Part shown: positions 50,278-62,055 of the stretch, piece by piece
Numbering within the stretch: position 1 is the stretch's first letter
How the letters are laid out: the number at the start of each line of letters is the position of its first letter
Assembly: GCF_044704955.1 (NCBI RefSeq)
Contig: NC_091985.1
Coordinates: 225,866,001-225,930,000, forward strand
Length of the DNA stretch: 64,000 bases
From: Pristiophorus japonicus
Lineage: Eukaryota
Direction of reading: 5' to 3'
Notes under the pieces: generated by a model
Told to the model about the DNA's origin: nothing
Database searches by the model: none
The model's input: only the letters and a program-made list of their open reading frames with translations
Position numbers and translations under genes: made by a program

Positions 50278-53200
50278 GCGGATTGGAAAACCGCAAATGT
50301 AACGCTCCCTATAAAAAAAGGAGGCAGATAAACACCCGGAAACTATAGACCAGTTAGCCTAACATCTGTTGTTGGGAAAATGCTGGAGTACATTATTAAG
50401 GAAGCAGTAGCAGGACATTTGGAAAAGCATAATTCAATCAAGCAGAGTCAGCACGGTTTTATGAAAGGGAAATCATGTTTGACAAATTTGCTGGAGTTCT
50501 TTGAGGATGTAACGATCAGGGTGGATAAGGGGGAACCAGTGGATGTGGTGTATTTGGATTTCCAGAAGGCATTTGATAAGGTACCACATGAAAGGTTACT
50601 GCACAAGATAAAAGTTTGCTGGTTGGAGGTAATATATTAGCATGGATAGAGGATTGTCTAACTAACAGAAAATAGAGAGTCGGGATAAATGGTTCATTCA
50701 TTGGTTGGCAACCAGTAACTAGTGGGGTGCTGCAGGGATCGGTGCTGGGGCCTCAACTATTTACAATCTATATTAATGACTTGGATGAAGGGACCGAGTG
50801 TAATGTAGCCAAGTTTGCTGATGATACAAAGATGGGTGGGAAAGCAAATTGTGAGGAGGACACAAAAAATCTGCAAAGGGATATAGACAGGCTAAGTGAG
50901 TGGGCAAAAATTTGGCAGATGGAGTATAATGTGGGAAAATATAAGGTTATCCACTTTGGCAGAAAAAACAGAAAAGCAAATTATAATTTAAATGGAGAAA
51001 AATTGCAAAGTGCTGCAGTACAGAGACCTGGGGGTCCTTGTGCATGAAACACAAAAAGTTAGTATGCAGGTACAGCAAGTAATCAGGAAGGCAAATGGAA
51101 TGTTGCCCTTTGTCACAAGGGGGGATGGAGTATAAAAGCAGAGAAGTCCTGCTACAACTATACAGGGTATTGGTGAGGCCACACCTGGAGTATTGCGTAC
51201 AGTTTTGTCTCCGTATTTAAAGGAGGATATACTTGCATTGGAGGCAGTTCAGAGAAGGTTCACTTGGTTGATTCCGGAGATGAGGGGGTTGACTTATGAA
51301 GATAGGTTGAATAGGTTGGGCCTATACACATTGGAGTTCAGAAGAATGGGAGGTGATCTTATCAAAACATAAAAGATAATGAGGGGGGGCTCGAAAAGGT
51401 GGATGCAGAGAGGATATTTCCACTCATAAGGGAAACTAAAACTAGGGGACATAGTCTCAGAAGAAGGGGCCGCCCATTTAAAACTGAGTTGTAAAGGGAT
51501 TTCTTCTGCAGTCAGAATCAGGTCCCCTGCAGTCAGAATCAGGGGAAGTCATAACGGGGAACAAAGAAATGGCAGACCAATTGAACAAGTACTTTGGTTC
51601 AGTATTCACTAAGGAGGACACAAACAACCTTCCGGATATAAAAGTGGTCAGAGAGTCTAGTAAGGAGGAGGAACTGAGGGAAATCTTTATTAGTCGGGAA
51701 ATTGTGTTGGGGAAATTGATGGGATTGAAGGCCGATAAATCCCCAGGGCCTGATGGACTGCATCCCAGAGTACTTAAGGAGGTGGCCTTGGAAATAGCGG
51801 ATACATTGACAGTCATTTTCCAACATTCCATTGACTCTGGATCAGTTCCTATCGAGTGGAGGGTAGCCAATGTAACCCCACTTTTTAAAAAAAGAGGGAG
51901 AGAGAAAGCAGGGAATTATAGACCGGTCAGCCTGACCTCAGTAGTGGGTAAAATGATGGAATCAATTATTAAGGATGTCATAGCAGCGCATTTGGAAAAT
52001 GGTGACATGATAGGTCCAAGTCAGCATGGATTTGTGAAAGGGAGATCATGCTTGACAAATCTTCTGGAATTTTTTGAGGATGTTTCCAATAAAGTGGACA
52101 AAGGAGTACCAGTTGATGTGGTATATTTGGACTTTCAGAAGGCTTTCGACAAGGTCCCACACAGGAGATTAATGTGCAAAGTTAAAGCACATGGGATTGG
52201 GGGTAGTGTGCTGACGTGGATTGAGAACTGGTTGTCAGACAGGAAGCAAAGAGTAGGAGTAAATGGGTACTTTTCAGAATGGCAGGCAGTGACTAGTGGG
52301 GTACCGCAGGGTTCTGTGCTGGGGCCCCAGTTGTTTACATTGTACATTAATGATTTAGACGAGGGGATTAAATGTAGTATCTCCAAATTTGCGGATGACA
52401 CTAAGTTGGGTGGCAGTGTGAGCTGCGAGGAGGATGCTATGAGGCTGCAGAGTGACTTGGATAGGTTAGGTGAGTGGGCAAATGCGTGGCAGATGAAGTA
52501 TAATGTGGATAAATGTGAGGTTATCCACTTTGGTGGTAAAAACAGAGAGACAGACTATTATCTGAATGGTGACAGATTAGGAAAAGGGAAGGTGCAACGA
52601 GACCTGGGTGTCATGGTACATCAGTCATTGAAGGTTGGCATGCAGGTACAGCAGGCGGTTAAGAAAGCAAATGGCATGTTGGCCTTCATAGCGAGGGGAT
52701 TTGAGTACAGGGGCAGGGAGGTGTTGCTACAGTTGTACAGGGCCTTGGTGAGGCCACACCTGGAGTATTGTGTACAGTTTTGGTCTCCTAACTTGAGGAA
52801 GGACATTCTTGTTATTGAGGGAGTGCAGCGAAGATTCACCAGACTGATTCCCGGGATGGTGGGACTGACCTATCAAGGAAGACTGGATCAACTGGGCTTG
52901 TATTCACTGGAGTTTAGAAGAGTGAGAGGGGACCTCATAGAAACGTTTAAAATTCTGACGGGTTTGGACAGGTTGGATGCAGGAAGAATGTTCCCAATGT
53001 TGGGGAAGTCCAGAACCAGAGGTCACAGTCGAAGGATAAGGGGTAAGCCATTTAGGACCGAGATAAGGAGAAACCTCTTCACCCAGAGAGTGGTGAAGCT
53101 GTGGAATTCTCTACCACAGAAAGTAGTTGAGGCCAATTCACTAAATATATTCAAAAGGGAGTTAGATGAAGTCCTTACTACTCGGGGGATCAAGGGGTAT

Positions 53201-53567
53201 GGCGTGAAAGCAGGAAGGGGGTACTGAAGTTGCATGTTCAGCCATGAACTCATTGAATGGCGGTGCAGGCTAGAAGGGCTAAATGGCCTGCTCCTGCACC
53301 TATTTTCTATGTTTCTATGTTTCTCCCAGAGGGTTGTAAATCTATGGAATTCTCCGCCCCAGAGAGTTGTGGAGGCTGGGTCATTGAATATATTTAAGGT
53401 GGAAATAGACAAATTTCTGAGTGATAAGGGAATAAAGGGTTATGGGGAGCGGGCAGGGAAGTGGAGCTGAGCCCATGATCAGATCAGCCCAGCCATGATC
53501 TTATTAAATGGCGGAGCAGGCTCGAGGGGCCAAGTGGCCTATGCCTGTTCCTATTTCTTATGTTCTT
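50278..53567 (+). mobile_element. 5'-truncated CR1 inserted in the 65-bp repeat (GTGTA duplicated), itself split by a younger CR1
   Basis: RT motifs at 50380-51500. The 3' end resumes at ~53320 (FSQRVVNLWNS) and ends in a CTTATGTT tail. Confidence 0.85.
51507..53320 (+). mobile_element. Young 5'-truncated CR1 with uninterrupted RT and C-terminus
   Basis: 552-aa ORF 51569-53227. CTATGTTT tail. Short duplication CTGCAGTCAGAATCAGG at the 5' junction. Confidence 0.95.
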
Positions 53568-53590
53568 GTGTAATCTGTCCCCATCAAATA

Positions 53591-56500
53591 TCATCATCAT
53601 AGGCAGTCTCTCGGAGTCGAGGATGACTTGCTTCCACATTAAAAATGAGTTCTCAGATGACTGATCAGTCCAATGCGGGAGCGACAGTCTCTGTCGCAGG
53701 TTGGACAGCTGGTAGTTGAAAGTACGTTGGTTGAAGTACCGGTTTGTTGAAGTGCTTGGGTTGTCGTGCGCTCCTTCCGCCGTATACATTTGGTCTCCAC
53801 TTGCTCCCGGCGAAGAGACTCGAAGTGTTCGCCGCCCTCACGGATTATTCTCTTCCACTTTGAGCGGTCTTGGGCCAGGGATTCCCAGGTGTCGGAGGGG
53901 ATGTTGAACTTCTTCAAGGAGGCCTTGAGGGTGTCCTTGAAGCGTTTCCTCTGCCCCCCCCCCTGGGGCTCGCTTGCCTTTCGGAGCGCCGAGTAGAGCG
54001 TTTGCTTTGCGAGTCTCGTATCTGACATACGGCGGATGTGGCCCGTCCATCGGAGCTCATCGAGCGTTGTCAATGCTTCGATGTTGAGGATGTTGCCCTG
54101 CGCAATATCACTGACGTTGGTGCGCCTATCTTGCCAATGCATTTGCAGGATCTTACTGAGGCAGCGTCGATGGTATTTCTCCAGTGCTTTGATGTGCTTG
54201 CTGTATATAGTCCATATCTCGGAAGCACACGAGGGCAGGTATCACTACTACTGTGTAGACCATGAGCTTTGTGCCGGTTTTAAGGGTCTGGTCTTCAAAC
54301 ACTCTGTTCCTTAGGCGACTAAAGGCTCAATGGCACACTGAAATGGTGTTGGACCTCATCATCGATGTCTGCCCTTGTTGACAGTAGGGCTCCCGAGGTA
54401 TGGAAAATGGTCCACGTAGTCCAAGGCCTCGTCATGGATTTTGATAATCGGGGGGGCAGTGCTGTGTGGCGGGGGCAGGTTGATAGAGCACCTTTGTTTT
54501 ACAGACGTTTAGTGTAAGGCCTATGCTCTCGGACGCTACGTTGAACGTGTTGACGCTGGTTTGGAGTTCGTCCTCTGACTGAGCGCAGACGCAAGCGTCA
54601 TCTGCATATTGCAATTCGATGACAGAGGATGGCACGACCTTGGATCTGGTCTGAAGGCGATGGAGATTGAAGAGTTTCCAGTTTGTTCTGTAGATTATCT
54701 CCGCTCCAGCGGGAAGTTTGCTGACGGTGAGAAGTGGTATTGCAGCAAGGAAGATCGAGAAGAGCGTCGGTGCAATGACACAGCCCTGCTTCGTACACGA
54801 ATTGGGTCTGTGGTGGATCCATTGGTCAGGATCACAGCTTGCATGTTATCATGAAGCATGCGGAGGATGGTGATAAATTTTTGAGGACAGCCGAATTTGA
54901 AGAGTACACTCGATAATCCCTCACAGTCGACAGCATCAAAGGCCTTTGTCAGGTCATAGAAGGTCATGTATAGAGGTTGGTGATGTTCACTGCATTTCTC
55001 TTGAATTTGTCGCGCAGTGAAGATAAGGTCCATTTTGCCCCTTAGTGGGCGGAATTTGCATTGCAACTCTCCTCTTTGGGAGCAGCTCTTCTGCCACCGG
55101 GAGAAGGAGGATTCTTGCAATAACGTTCCCTGTGGTAGACAGCAGGGAAATTCCTCCGTAGTTACCGCAATCGGACTTCTCCTTTCTTGAAGATGGTCAC
55201 GATGACGGCGTCTCTGTAATCCCCTGGCATGCTCTCCTCCTTCCAAATAAGAGAAATTACCTCCTATATTCGCGCCAATAGTGCTTCTCCGCCATGTTTT
55301 AGTGCTTCGGTGGGTATTCCATTCGCCCCGAGGCCTTGTTGTTCCTCAGTTGTCGAATGGCCTTTTCAACCTCATGTCGGGTTGGGGTTGTACTGAGATG
55401 GTGGCACGTAGCATGCTGCGGGATGGAGTCGAGTACACTCACATCGAAGACAGAGTGAGGTCTTCAGAGTGCTCCTTCCGGCGAGCACTGACTGCCTCTC
55501 TGTCCTTGATGAGAACTTCTCCGTTCTTCGACCGCAATGGGCTAGGACCTTGGGTAGTAGGTGGTCTTTACTGCACTGAAGAATCCACGCACGTCGTGAT
55601 TGTCGGCTGGTTGCTGGATCTCCTGCACTTTCTCCACCCACCATCTGGTTTTTAGATCGTGAGTTTTTTGGACCTCGGCCTTCAAACGTCTGTAAATCTG
55701 CTTTCTTGAACGAGAGTTGTGTTGCTGTTTCCAGTTCAAGAATGCCTTGTGCTTGCAGGTTATTAACTCCTGGATCTCCTGGTCATTCTCGTCGAACCAG
55801 TCTTGGTGGTTCCCGGTTGAGTGACCGAGCGTCTCCTCACAGGTCTTAATTATGGAGGCCTTGAGGGCAGAACAGGCACCATGAGCACCCTGCGACTCTG
55901 GATCACTTTGAGTCGCCAGGTTGGTAGTGAGGCGCTGGCTGAATAGGGCTTTCTTAGCATGGTCTCCGAGCGCTCCAGTGTTGATTTTCCTGTGGCATTG
56001 TTTCTGTTGCCGCCGCTGTTCTTGGACAACATCGATGGACAACACCGAGCGGATTAGGCCGTGGTCCATCCAGCAGTCGTCAGCTCCCATCATGGCACGG
56101 GTGATGCGCACGTCCTTGTGGCCCCTTGCTCGGACGATAATGTAGCCCACCCCATGGAGGTGGCGTTCTTCTTCTGGTTTACCTCTCCAGAAGAACCTTG
56201 TTCCCTGAGCTGGCCTTCCCCTTCCGGGTCTCACTTACGGCTCCAACAAGGAGTGCCCTCTGAATTCCAGGGAGCGAGGTTTTGTGGGAAGGAGGACGGT
56301 GCACAGTGGGAGTATATTTGTGTTTATATGTATGTACTAGGCTAATGCAGCAGAGCCTGGTCTCCAGTCACCTTGGATCCCCTTGCCACTGGACCAAGAC
56401 CTTGCTCTGCCAAGCCCGTGTGGTAGCTGGTGTGCAACGGCCACCCCATGTTAAAATAACTCACGCACAGCATCTTCCACCGCTTAAAATGAAGTTCGGG

Positions 56501-56598
56501 ACCCTCGAACGTCGGGACCCTCATGGGCAATCCCAACAGCAACAGACCGGAAGGTTGTACTGCCATCGTTGCCTGGGAACTTAGACACTATGACGTAT
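53591..56598 (-). mobile_element. Near full-length decayed RTE-clade LINE with an inverted 5' segment (~56240-56598 on +)
   Basis: Minus strand: FFWRGKP, MDHGLI, DWFDEND, DLTKAFD, YADD, SHLRTH and a TATGATGAT tail. Plus strand 56489-56598 encodes the endonuclease N-terminus (MKFGT..., RPEGCTAIVAWELRHYDV). Confidence 0.85.
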
Positions 56599-56640
56599 GT
56601 GATTCACAGCAGCAATAACAGCAGAATCCAACCCCTGCCA

Positions 56641-57315
56641 TCACACGTGAACTCGCTGGTGTGTCAGCAGGTGGGATGACTGAGTGAATCCCTTCCCACA
56701 CACGGAGCAGGTGAATGGCCTATGCCCGGTGTGAATGCGTTGGTGTTTCAGCAGATATCTTGTACGTTTAAAGCTCTTCTCACAGTCAGAACATTTAAAC
56801 GGTCTCGTATCAGTATGAACAAGTTGGTGTGAAGCGAGGTTGGTTAACTGAGTGAATCCCTTCCCACACACACAGCAGTTGAATGGTCTCTCCCCAGTGT
56901 GAATTCTCTGGTGTGTCAGCAGGTCGGATGTCCGAGTGAATCCCTTCTCACACACACAGCAGGTGAACGGTCTCTCCCCAGTGTGAGTGCGTTGGTGTGT
57001 CAGCAGATCCCTTGTGCGTTTAAAGCTCTTCTCACAGTCAGAACATTTAAAAGGTCTCGTATCAGTGTGAACAAGTTGGTGTTCAGTGAGGATGGATGAC
57101 TGCCCGAATCTCATCCCGCAATGAGAGCAACTGAATGGCCTCTCCCCTGTGTGAACTCGCTGGTGTGTCAGAAGGTGGGATGACTGACTGAATCCCTTCC
57201 CACACACGGAGCAGGTGAATGGCCTCTCCCCGCTGTGACTGCGTCGATGAGTTTCCAGCTGGGACGGGTAATTGAATCCCTTCCCACAGTCCCCACATTT
57301 CCACGGTTTCTCCGT
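56641..57315 (-). CDS. Open 8-finger C2H2 zinc-finger frame (224 aa if started at ACG); decayed fingers upstream to ~57690; coding status uncertain
   Basis: No stop from [14 protein letters not shown] to HQRVHV-stop. No in-frame ATG before finger 3. In-frame TGA at ~57352. Confidence 0.6.
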   Translation of the reverse strand, partial: TEKPWKCGDCGKGFNYPSQLETHRRSHSGERPFTCSVCGKGFSQSSHLLTHQRVHTGERPFSCSHCGMRFGQSSILTEHQLVHTDTRPFKCSDCEKSFKRTRDLLTHQRTHTGERPFTCCVCEKGFTRTSDLLTHQRIHTGERPFNCCVCGKGFTQLTNLASHQLVHTDTRPFKCSDCEKSFKRTRYLLKHQRIHTGHRPFTCSVCGKGFTQSSHLLTHQRVHV

Positions 57316-57811
57316 GGTGCGGGTGTTCTTGTGTCTCTCCAGGTTGGACGATCAGTTGAAGCCTGGTCCACACACACAACACGTGTATGGTTTCTCCCCG
57401 CTGTGAATGTTGCGATGTTTTTTCAGGCTGTGTAACTGGTTAAAGCTCTTTCCACAGTCAGTGCACTGGAACACTCCCTCTTGGGTGTGTGTGTGTCTCG
57501 ATGCTTTTCCAGTCACACTGATGTTTAAAATCTTTTCCCAGAGACGGAACAGACAAACATTTCTCCTTCCACATTCAAAGGCCGATGATATTTAGGTCCT
57601 GATGAATGAAGTGAGTGTCAGATCTTGACATGATGTTTCACTTGAGTTTCCCCATCTGTAAATCCTCCCCTTCGAATAGCCTGTAAAAGGAGGTTACAGA
57701 ACTCATCACTGTAAGTACAGGACAGAAATTCAGAACAGACAATTCTAGTTGCTATGAAACATTCTTTCCTCTCTTGTTCCCCCAATGCTGTGGTCCAATC
57801 AAACTAAACTC

Positions 57812-58163
57812 AGCTAGTGGCTCAGTTCGGAGCACTGTTCCCTCTGAGTCAGAAGGTTGCTGGTTCAAGTCCCAAGCCAGAGACTTGAGCACAAAAGGGA
57901 GTGCTGCACTGTCGGAGGTGCCATCTTTCGGATGTTGTCCCTGGTGTCCTGACCAATATTTATCCCTCAACCAACATTACAAAAAGAGATTATCTGGTCA
58001 TTATCACATTGCTGTTTGTGGGAGCGTGCTGTGCTCAAAATGACTGCTTCGTTTCCGACATTACAACAGTGACTACGCTTCAAATTTACTTCATTGGCTG
58101 TAAAGCGCTTGGCCTATCCTGTGGTCGTGAAAGGTGCTATATAAATGCAAGTCTTTATTTTGT
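57812..58163 (+). mobile_element. tRNA-headed Deu-domain SINE (SacSINE1-like)
   Basis: A box TGGCTCAGTTCGG, B box GGTTCAAGTCC, Deu core and tail GTGAAAGGTGCTATATAAATGCAAG. Confidence 0.8.
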
Positions 58164-58179
58164 CTAAAAGAATCGAAAA

Positions 58180-58540
58180 TAAGCAACAAAAGCAAAGTGC
58201 CCCTTCCCAACTAAACCAGAACGTTGCTATCTGTGTCTGAGACGCTCTGTACCCCGAGGTTCCTGCCGGTCGTCAAAGGTATCAAATATACCGAAGGACA
58301 CCGCGTGCTCCCTCCCCAGGGCTACCCAGGCATGGACAAGATTGTGGAAGAGAGGCAGGCAGCCAGAGTGACCCTCCCCCTCCCCCCACGCCCCCGCCCC
58401 GGGCTCCGCCCACCCCGGACCTAGAAATTGCTGTTTTCGCCGGGCCCAAGAGCAGGTCCTGGAGCAGATCCTTCGACTTACCCACCCCCCTCTCTACACT
58501 GGGCGGCCAAAGATTAGGAGCATGGGGCTAAAATGTAACT
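58180..58540 (-). mobile_element. Tx1-like 3' remnant
   Basis: LLLGPAKTAISRS resembles 42420-42470. Confidence 0.45.
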
Positions 58541-58544
58541 CTTC

Positions 58545-60138
58545 CATTTCTGGTGTCAACCGTGTAAATCTTCTCTGCACCCTCTCCGGTGTCTCTATAT
58601 TACTTTTATAATATGCCGACCAGAACTGTATGGTCGAACCAAGGTTCGATACAGGTTTAGCATTACCTCACTACTTTTCAATTCTATACCTCTAGAAATA
58701 AACTCTAGTGCTTGGTTTGCTTTTTTTTATGGCCTTGCCAACCTGTGTCACAACTTTTAACGGCTTGTGCATTTGTACTCCGAGATCCCTTTGCTCCTCT
58801 ACCCCACCCAGACTCGCACCCACCAAGTAACGTGACCTCCTTACTCGTCCTATCAAAATGTAATAGCTCACATTTTCCTGTCTCGAATGTCATTTGCCAA
58901 TTACATGCCCATTCTGCAAGTTTATTAATGTCCTCTTGTAATTTTGTTGCAGTCCTCCTTAGGATTGAGAAAGTTACCGGTGAATCTGCTTCCACGACCC
59001 TTTCAGGCAGTGCGTTCCAGGACATAACAACTCACTGCTGCATTTTATTCTCTCCTGTAGCATCTGGTTCATTTCATAGAAACATAGAAATTTACAACAC
59101 AGGAGGCCATTTCGGCCCATCGTGTCTGCACCGGCCGAGAAAGAGCTACCCAGACTAATCCCACTTTCCAGCTCTTGGTCCGTAGCCTTGCAGGTTACGG
59201 CCCTTCAAGTGCAGATCCAAGCACTTCTTAAATGTGGTGAGGGTTTCTGCCTCTACCACCCTTTCAGGCAGTGAGTTCCAGACCCCCACAACCCTCTGGG
59301 TGAAGAAATTTCCCCTCATAACTCCTCTAAACCTCCCCCCCAATTACTTTAAATCTATGCCCCTGGTTGTTGACTCCTCTGCCAAGGGAAACAGGTCCTT
59401 CCTATCCACTTTAACCAGGCCCCTCATAATTTTATACACCTCAATCAGGTCTCCCCTCAGCCTCCTCTGTTCCAAAGAAAACAAACCCAGCCTACCAACC
59501 TTTCCTCATAAATCTCTACTGCGATCACATCTTTCCTGTAACGTGGTGACCAGAACTGCATGCAGTACTCTAACTGTGGCCTAACTAGTGTTTTATACAG
59601 TTCAAGCATAATCTCCCTGCTCTTGTATTCTATGCCTTGGCTAATAAAGGCAACAATTCCATCAGTCTTCTTAAAACACCTTACCTACTTACATAGAAAC
59701 ATAGAAAATAGGTGCAGGAGGAGGCCATTCGGCCCTTCGAGCCTGCACCGCCATTCAATGAGCTCATGGCTGAACATGCAACTTCAGTACCCCATTCCTG
59801 CTTTCTTGCCATACCCCTTGATCCCCCTAGTAATAAGGACTACATCTATAGAAACATAGACTGTGGACATGCACTCCAAGGTCCCTGTGTTCCTCTACAC
59901 TTATCAGTGTCCTGCCAGTTGATGTGTATTCCCTTGCCTTGTTAGCCCTCCCCAAATGCATTACCTCACACTTCTCTGGATTGAATTCCATTTGCCACTG
60001 TTCTGCCCACCTGACCAGTTCATTGATATCTTCCTGCAGTCTGCAGCTTTCTTCTTCATTATCAACCACACAGCCGATTTTAGTATCAACTGCAAACTTC
60101 TTGATCATATCCCCTACATTCAAGTCTAAATCAATGAT
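58545..60138 (-). mobile_element. Stack of CR1 3' fragments (~58545-59050, ~59074-60138, inner tail ~59692-59858)
   Basis: FAVDTKIGCVV, WQMEFNPEKCEV and FFTQRVVGVWNSLP. CTATG-type tails. Confidence 0.8.
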
Positions 60139-62035
60139 ATAAGAACATAAGAAATAGGAGCAGGATTAGGCCATTTGGTCCCTCGAGCCTGCTCCACCAT
60201 TCAATAAGATCATGGCTGATCTGGTCTTGGGCTCAGCTTCATTTCCCTGCCTGTTCCCCATAACTCTTCATTCCCTTATCGTTCAAGTATCTGTCTATCT
60301 TCACTTTAAATATATTCAATGACCCAGCCTCCACAGCTCTCGGGGGGCAGAGAATTCCACAGCTTGACAAGCCTCAGAAGAAATTCCTCCTCATCTCAGT
60401 TTTAAATGGGTGACCCCTTATTCTGAAACTATGCCCCCAAGTTCGAGATTCCCCCACGAGGGGAAACATAGTCTCTGCATCTACCTTGTCGAGCCCCCTC
60501 AGTATCTTGTATGTTTCAGTAAGATCACCTTTCATTTCTTCTAAACTCCAAAGAGTATAGGCCCAACCTACTCAACCTTTCCTCATAAGTCAACCCCCTT
60601 CATCTCAGGTATCAACCGAGTAAACTTTCTGTGAACAGCCTCCAATGCAAGCATATCCTTCCTTAAATAAGGAGACCAAAACTGTACGCAGTACTCTAGG
60701 TGTGGCCTCACCGTTACCCTGTATTTCCCTGCTTTTATATTCTATCCCCTTTCAATAAAGGCCAACATTCCAGTTGCCTTCCTCATTACCTGCTGTACCT
60801 GCATACTAACTTTTTGTGTTTCATGCACAAGGACTCCCAGGTCTCTCTGTACTGCAGCACTTTGCAATTTTTCTCCATTTAAATTATAATTTGCTTTTCT
60901 ATTATTTCTGCCAAAGTGGATAACCTCACATTTTCCCACATTATACTCCAACTGCCAAATTTTTGCCCGCTCACTTAGCCTGTCTATATCCCTTTGCAGA
61001 TTTTGAGTGTCCTCCTCACAATTTGCTTACCTTTGTATCATCAGCAAACTTGGCTACACTCAATCCCTTCATCCAAGTCATTAATATAGATTGTAAATAG
61101 TTGAGGACTAGCACCGATCCCTGCGGCAACCCACTAGTCACTGTTTGCCAACCGGAAAATGACCCATTTATCCCAACCCTCTGTTTTCTGTTAGTTAGCC
61201 AATCCTCTATCCATACTAGTATATTACCTCCAACCCCGTGAGCTTTTATCTTGTGCAGTAACCTTTTATGTGGCACCTTAATGAATGCTTTCTGGAAATT
61301 CAAATACACCACATCCACTGGTTCCCCCTTATCCACCCTGCTCGTTACATCCTCAAAGAACTCCAGCAAATTTGTCAAACATGATTTCCCTTTCATAAAA
61401 CCATGTTAACTCTGCTTGACTCAATTATGCTTTTCCAAATGTCCCGCTTCTGCTTCCTTAATAATGGACCCCAGCATTTTCCCAACGACAGATATTCGGC
61501 TAACTGGTCTACAGTTTCCTGCTTTTTGTCAGCCTCCTTTTTTTAAATTGGGAGGGTTACATTTGCGGTTGTTCAATCCGCTGGGACCGCCCCAGAATCG
61601 AGGGCATTTTGATAGATTACACCCAATGCATCCACTATCTCTGCAGCCACTCCTCTTAAGACCCAAGGATGTAAGCCATCAGGTCCAAGGGACTTGTCCG
61701 CCTTTAGTCCCATTATTTTACCGAGTAGGACTCCATTAGTGATAGTGATTGTATTGAGTTCCTCTCTCCCTTTCGCCCTTGCTTATCAACTATTGCGATG
61801 TTTTTAGTGTCTTCTACCGTGAAGACCGATATAAAATAGTTGTTCAACCTCTCTGCCATTTCCCGAGTCTCCATTATTAATTCCCAAGTCTCATCCTCCA
61901 GGGGACCAACATTTACTTTAGCCACTGTTTCCCTTTTTATGTACCTGTAGAAACTTTTACTATTTGTTTTTATATTTCGTGCGAGTTTACTTTCATAATC
62001 TATCTTCGCTCTCAATCATTTTTTTAGTCGTTCTC
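60139..62035 (-). mobile_element. 5'-truncated, frameshifted CR1 (CTTATGTT-tail subfamily)
   Basis: ORFs 61713-62015, 61016-61396 and 60742-60951 carry RT motifs. Confidence 0.9.
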
Positions 62036-62055
62036 ACTGTGTCCATCCTCGCCAG

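Noticed and set aside
57812-57890. tRNA gene
   Set aside because: The A and B boxes lead into a SINE body and tail, and no convincing cloverleaf is present.
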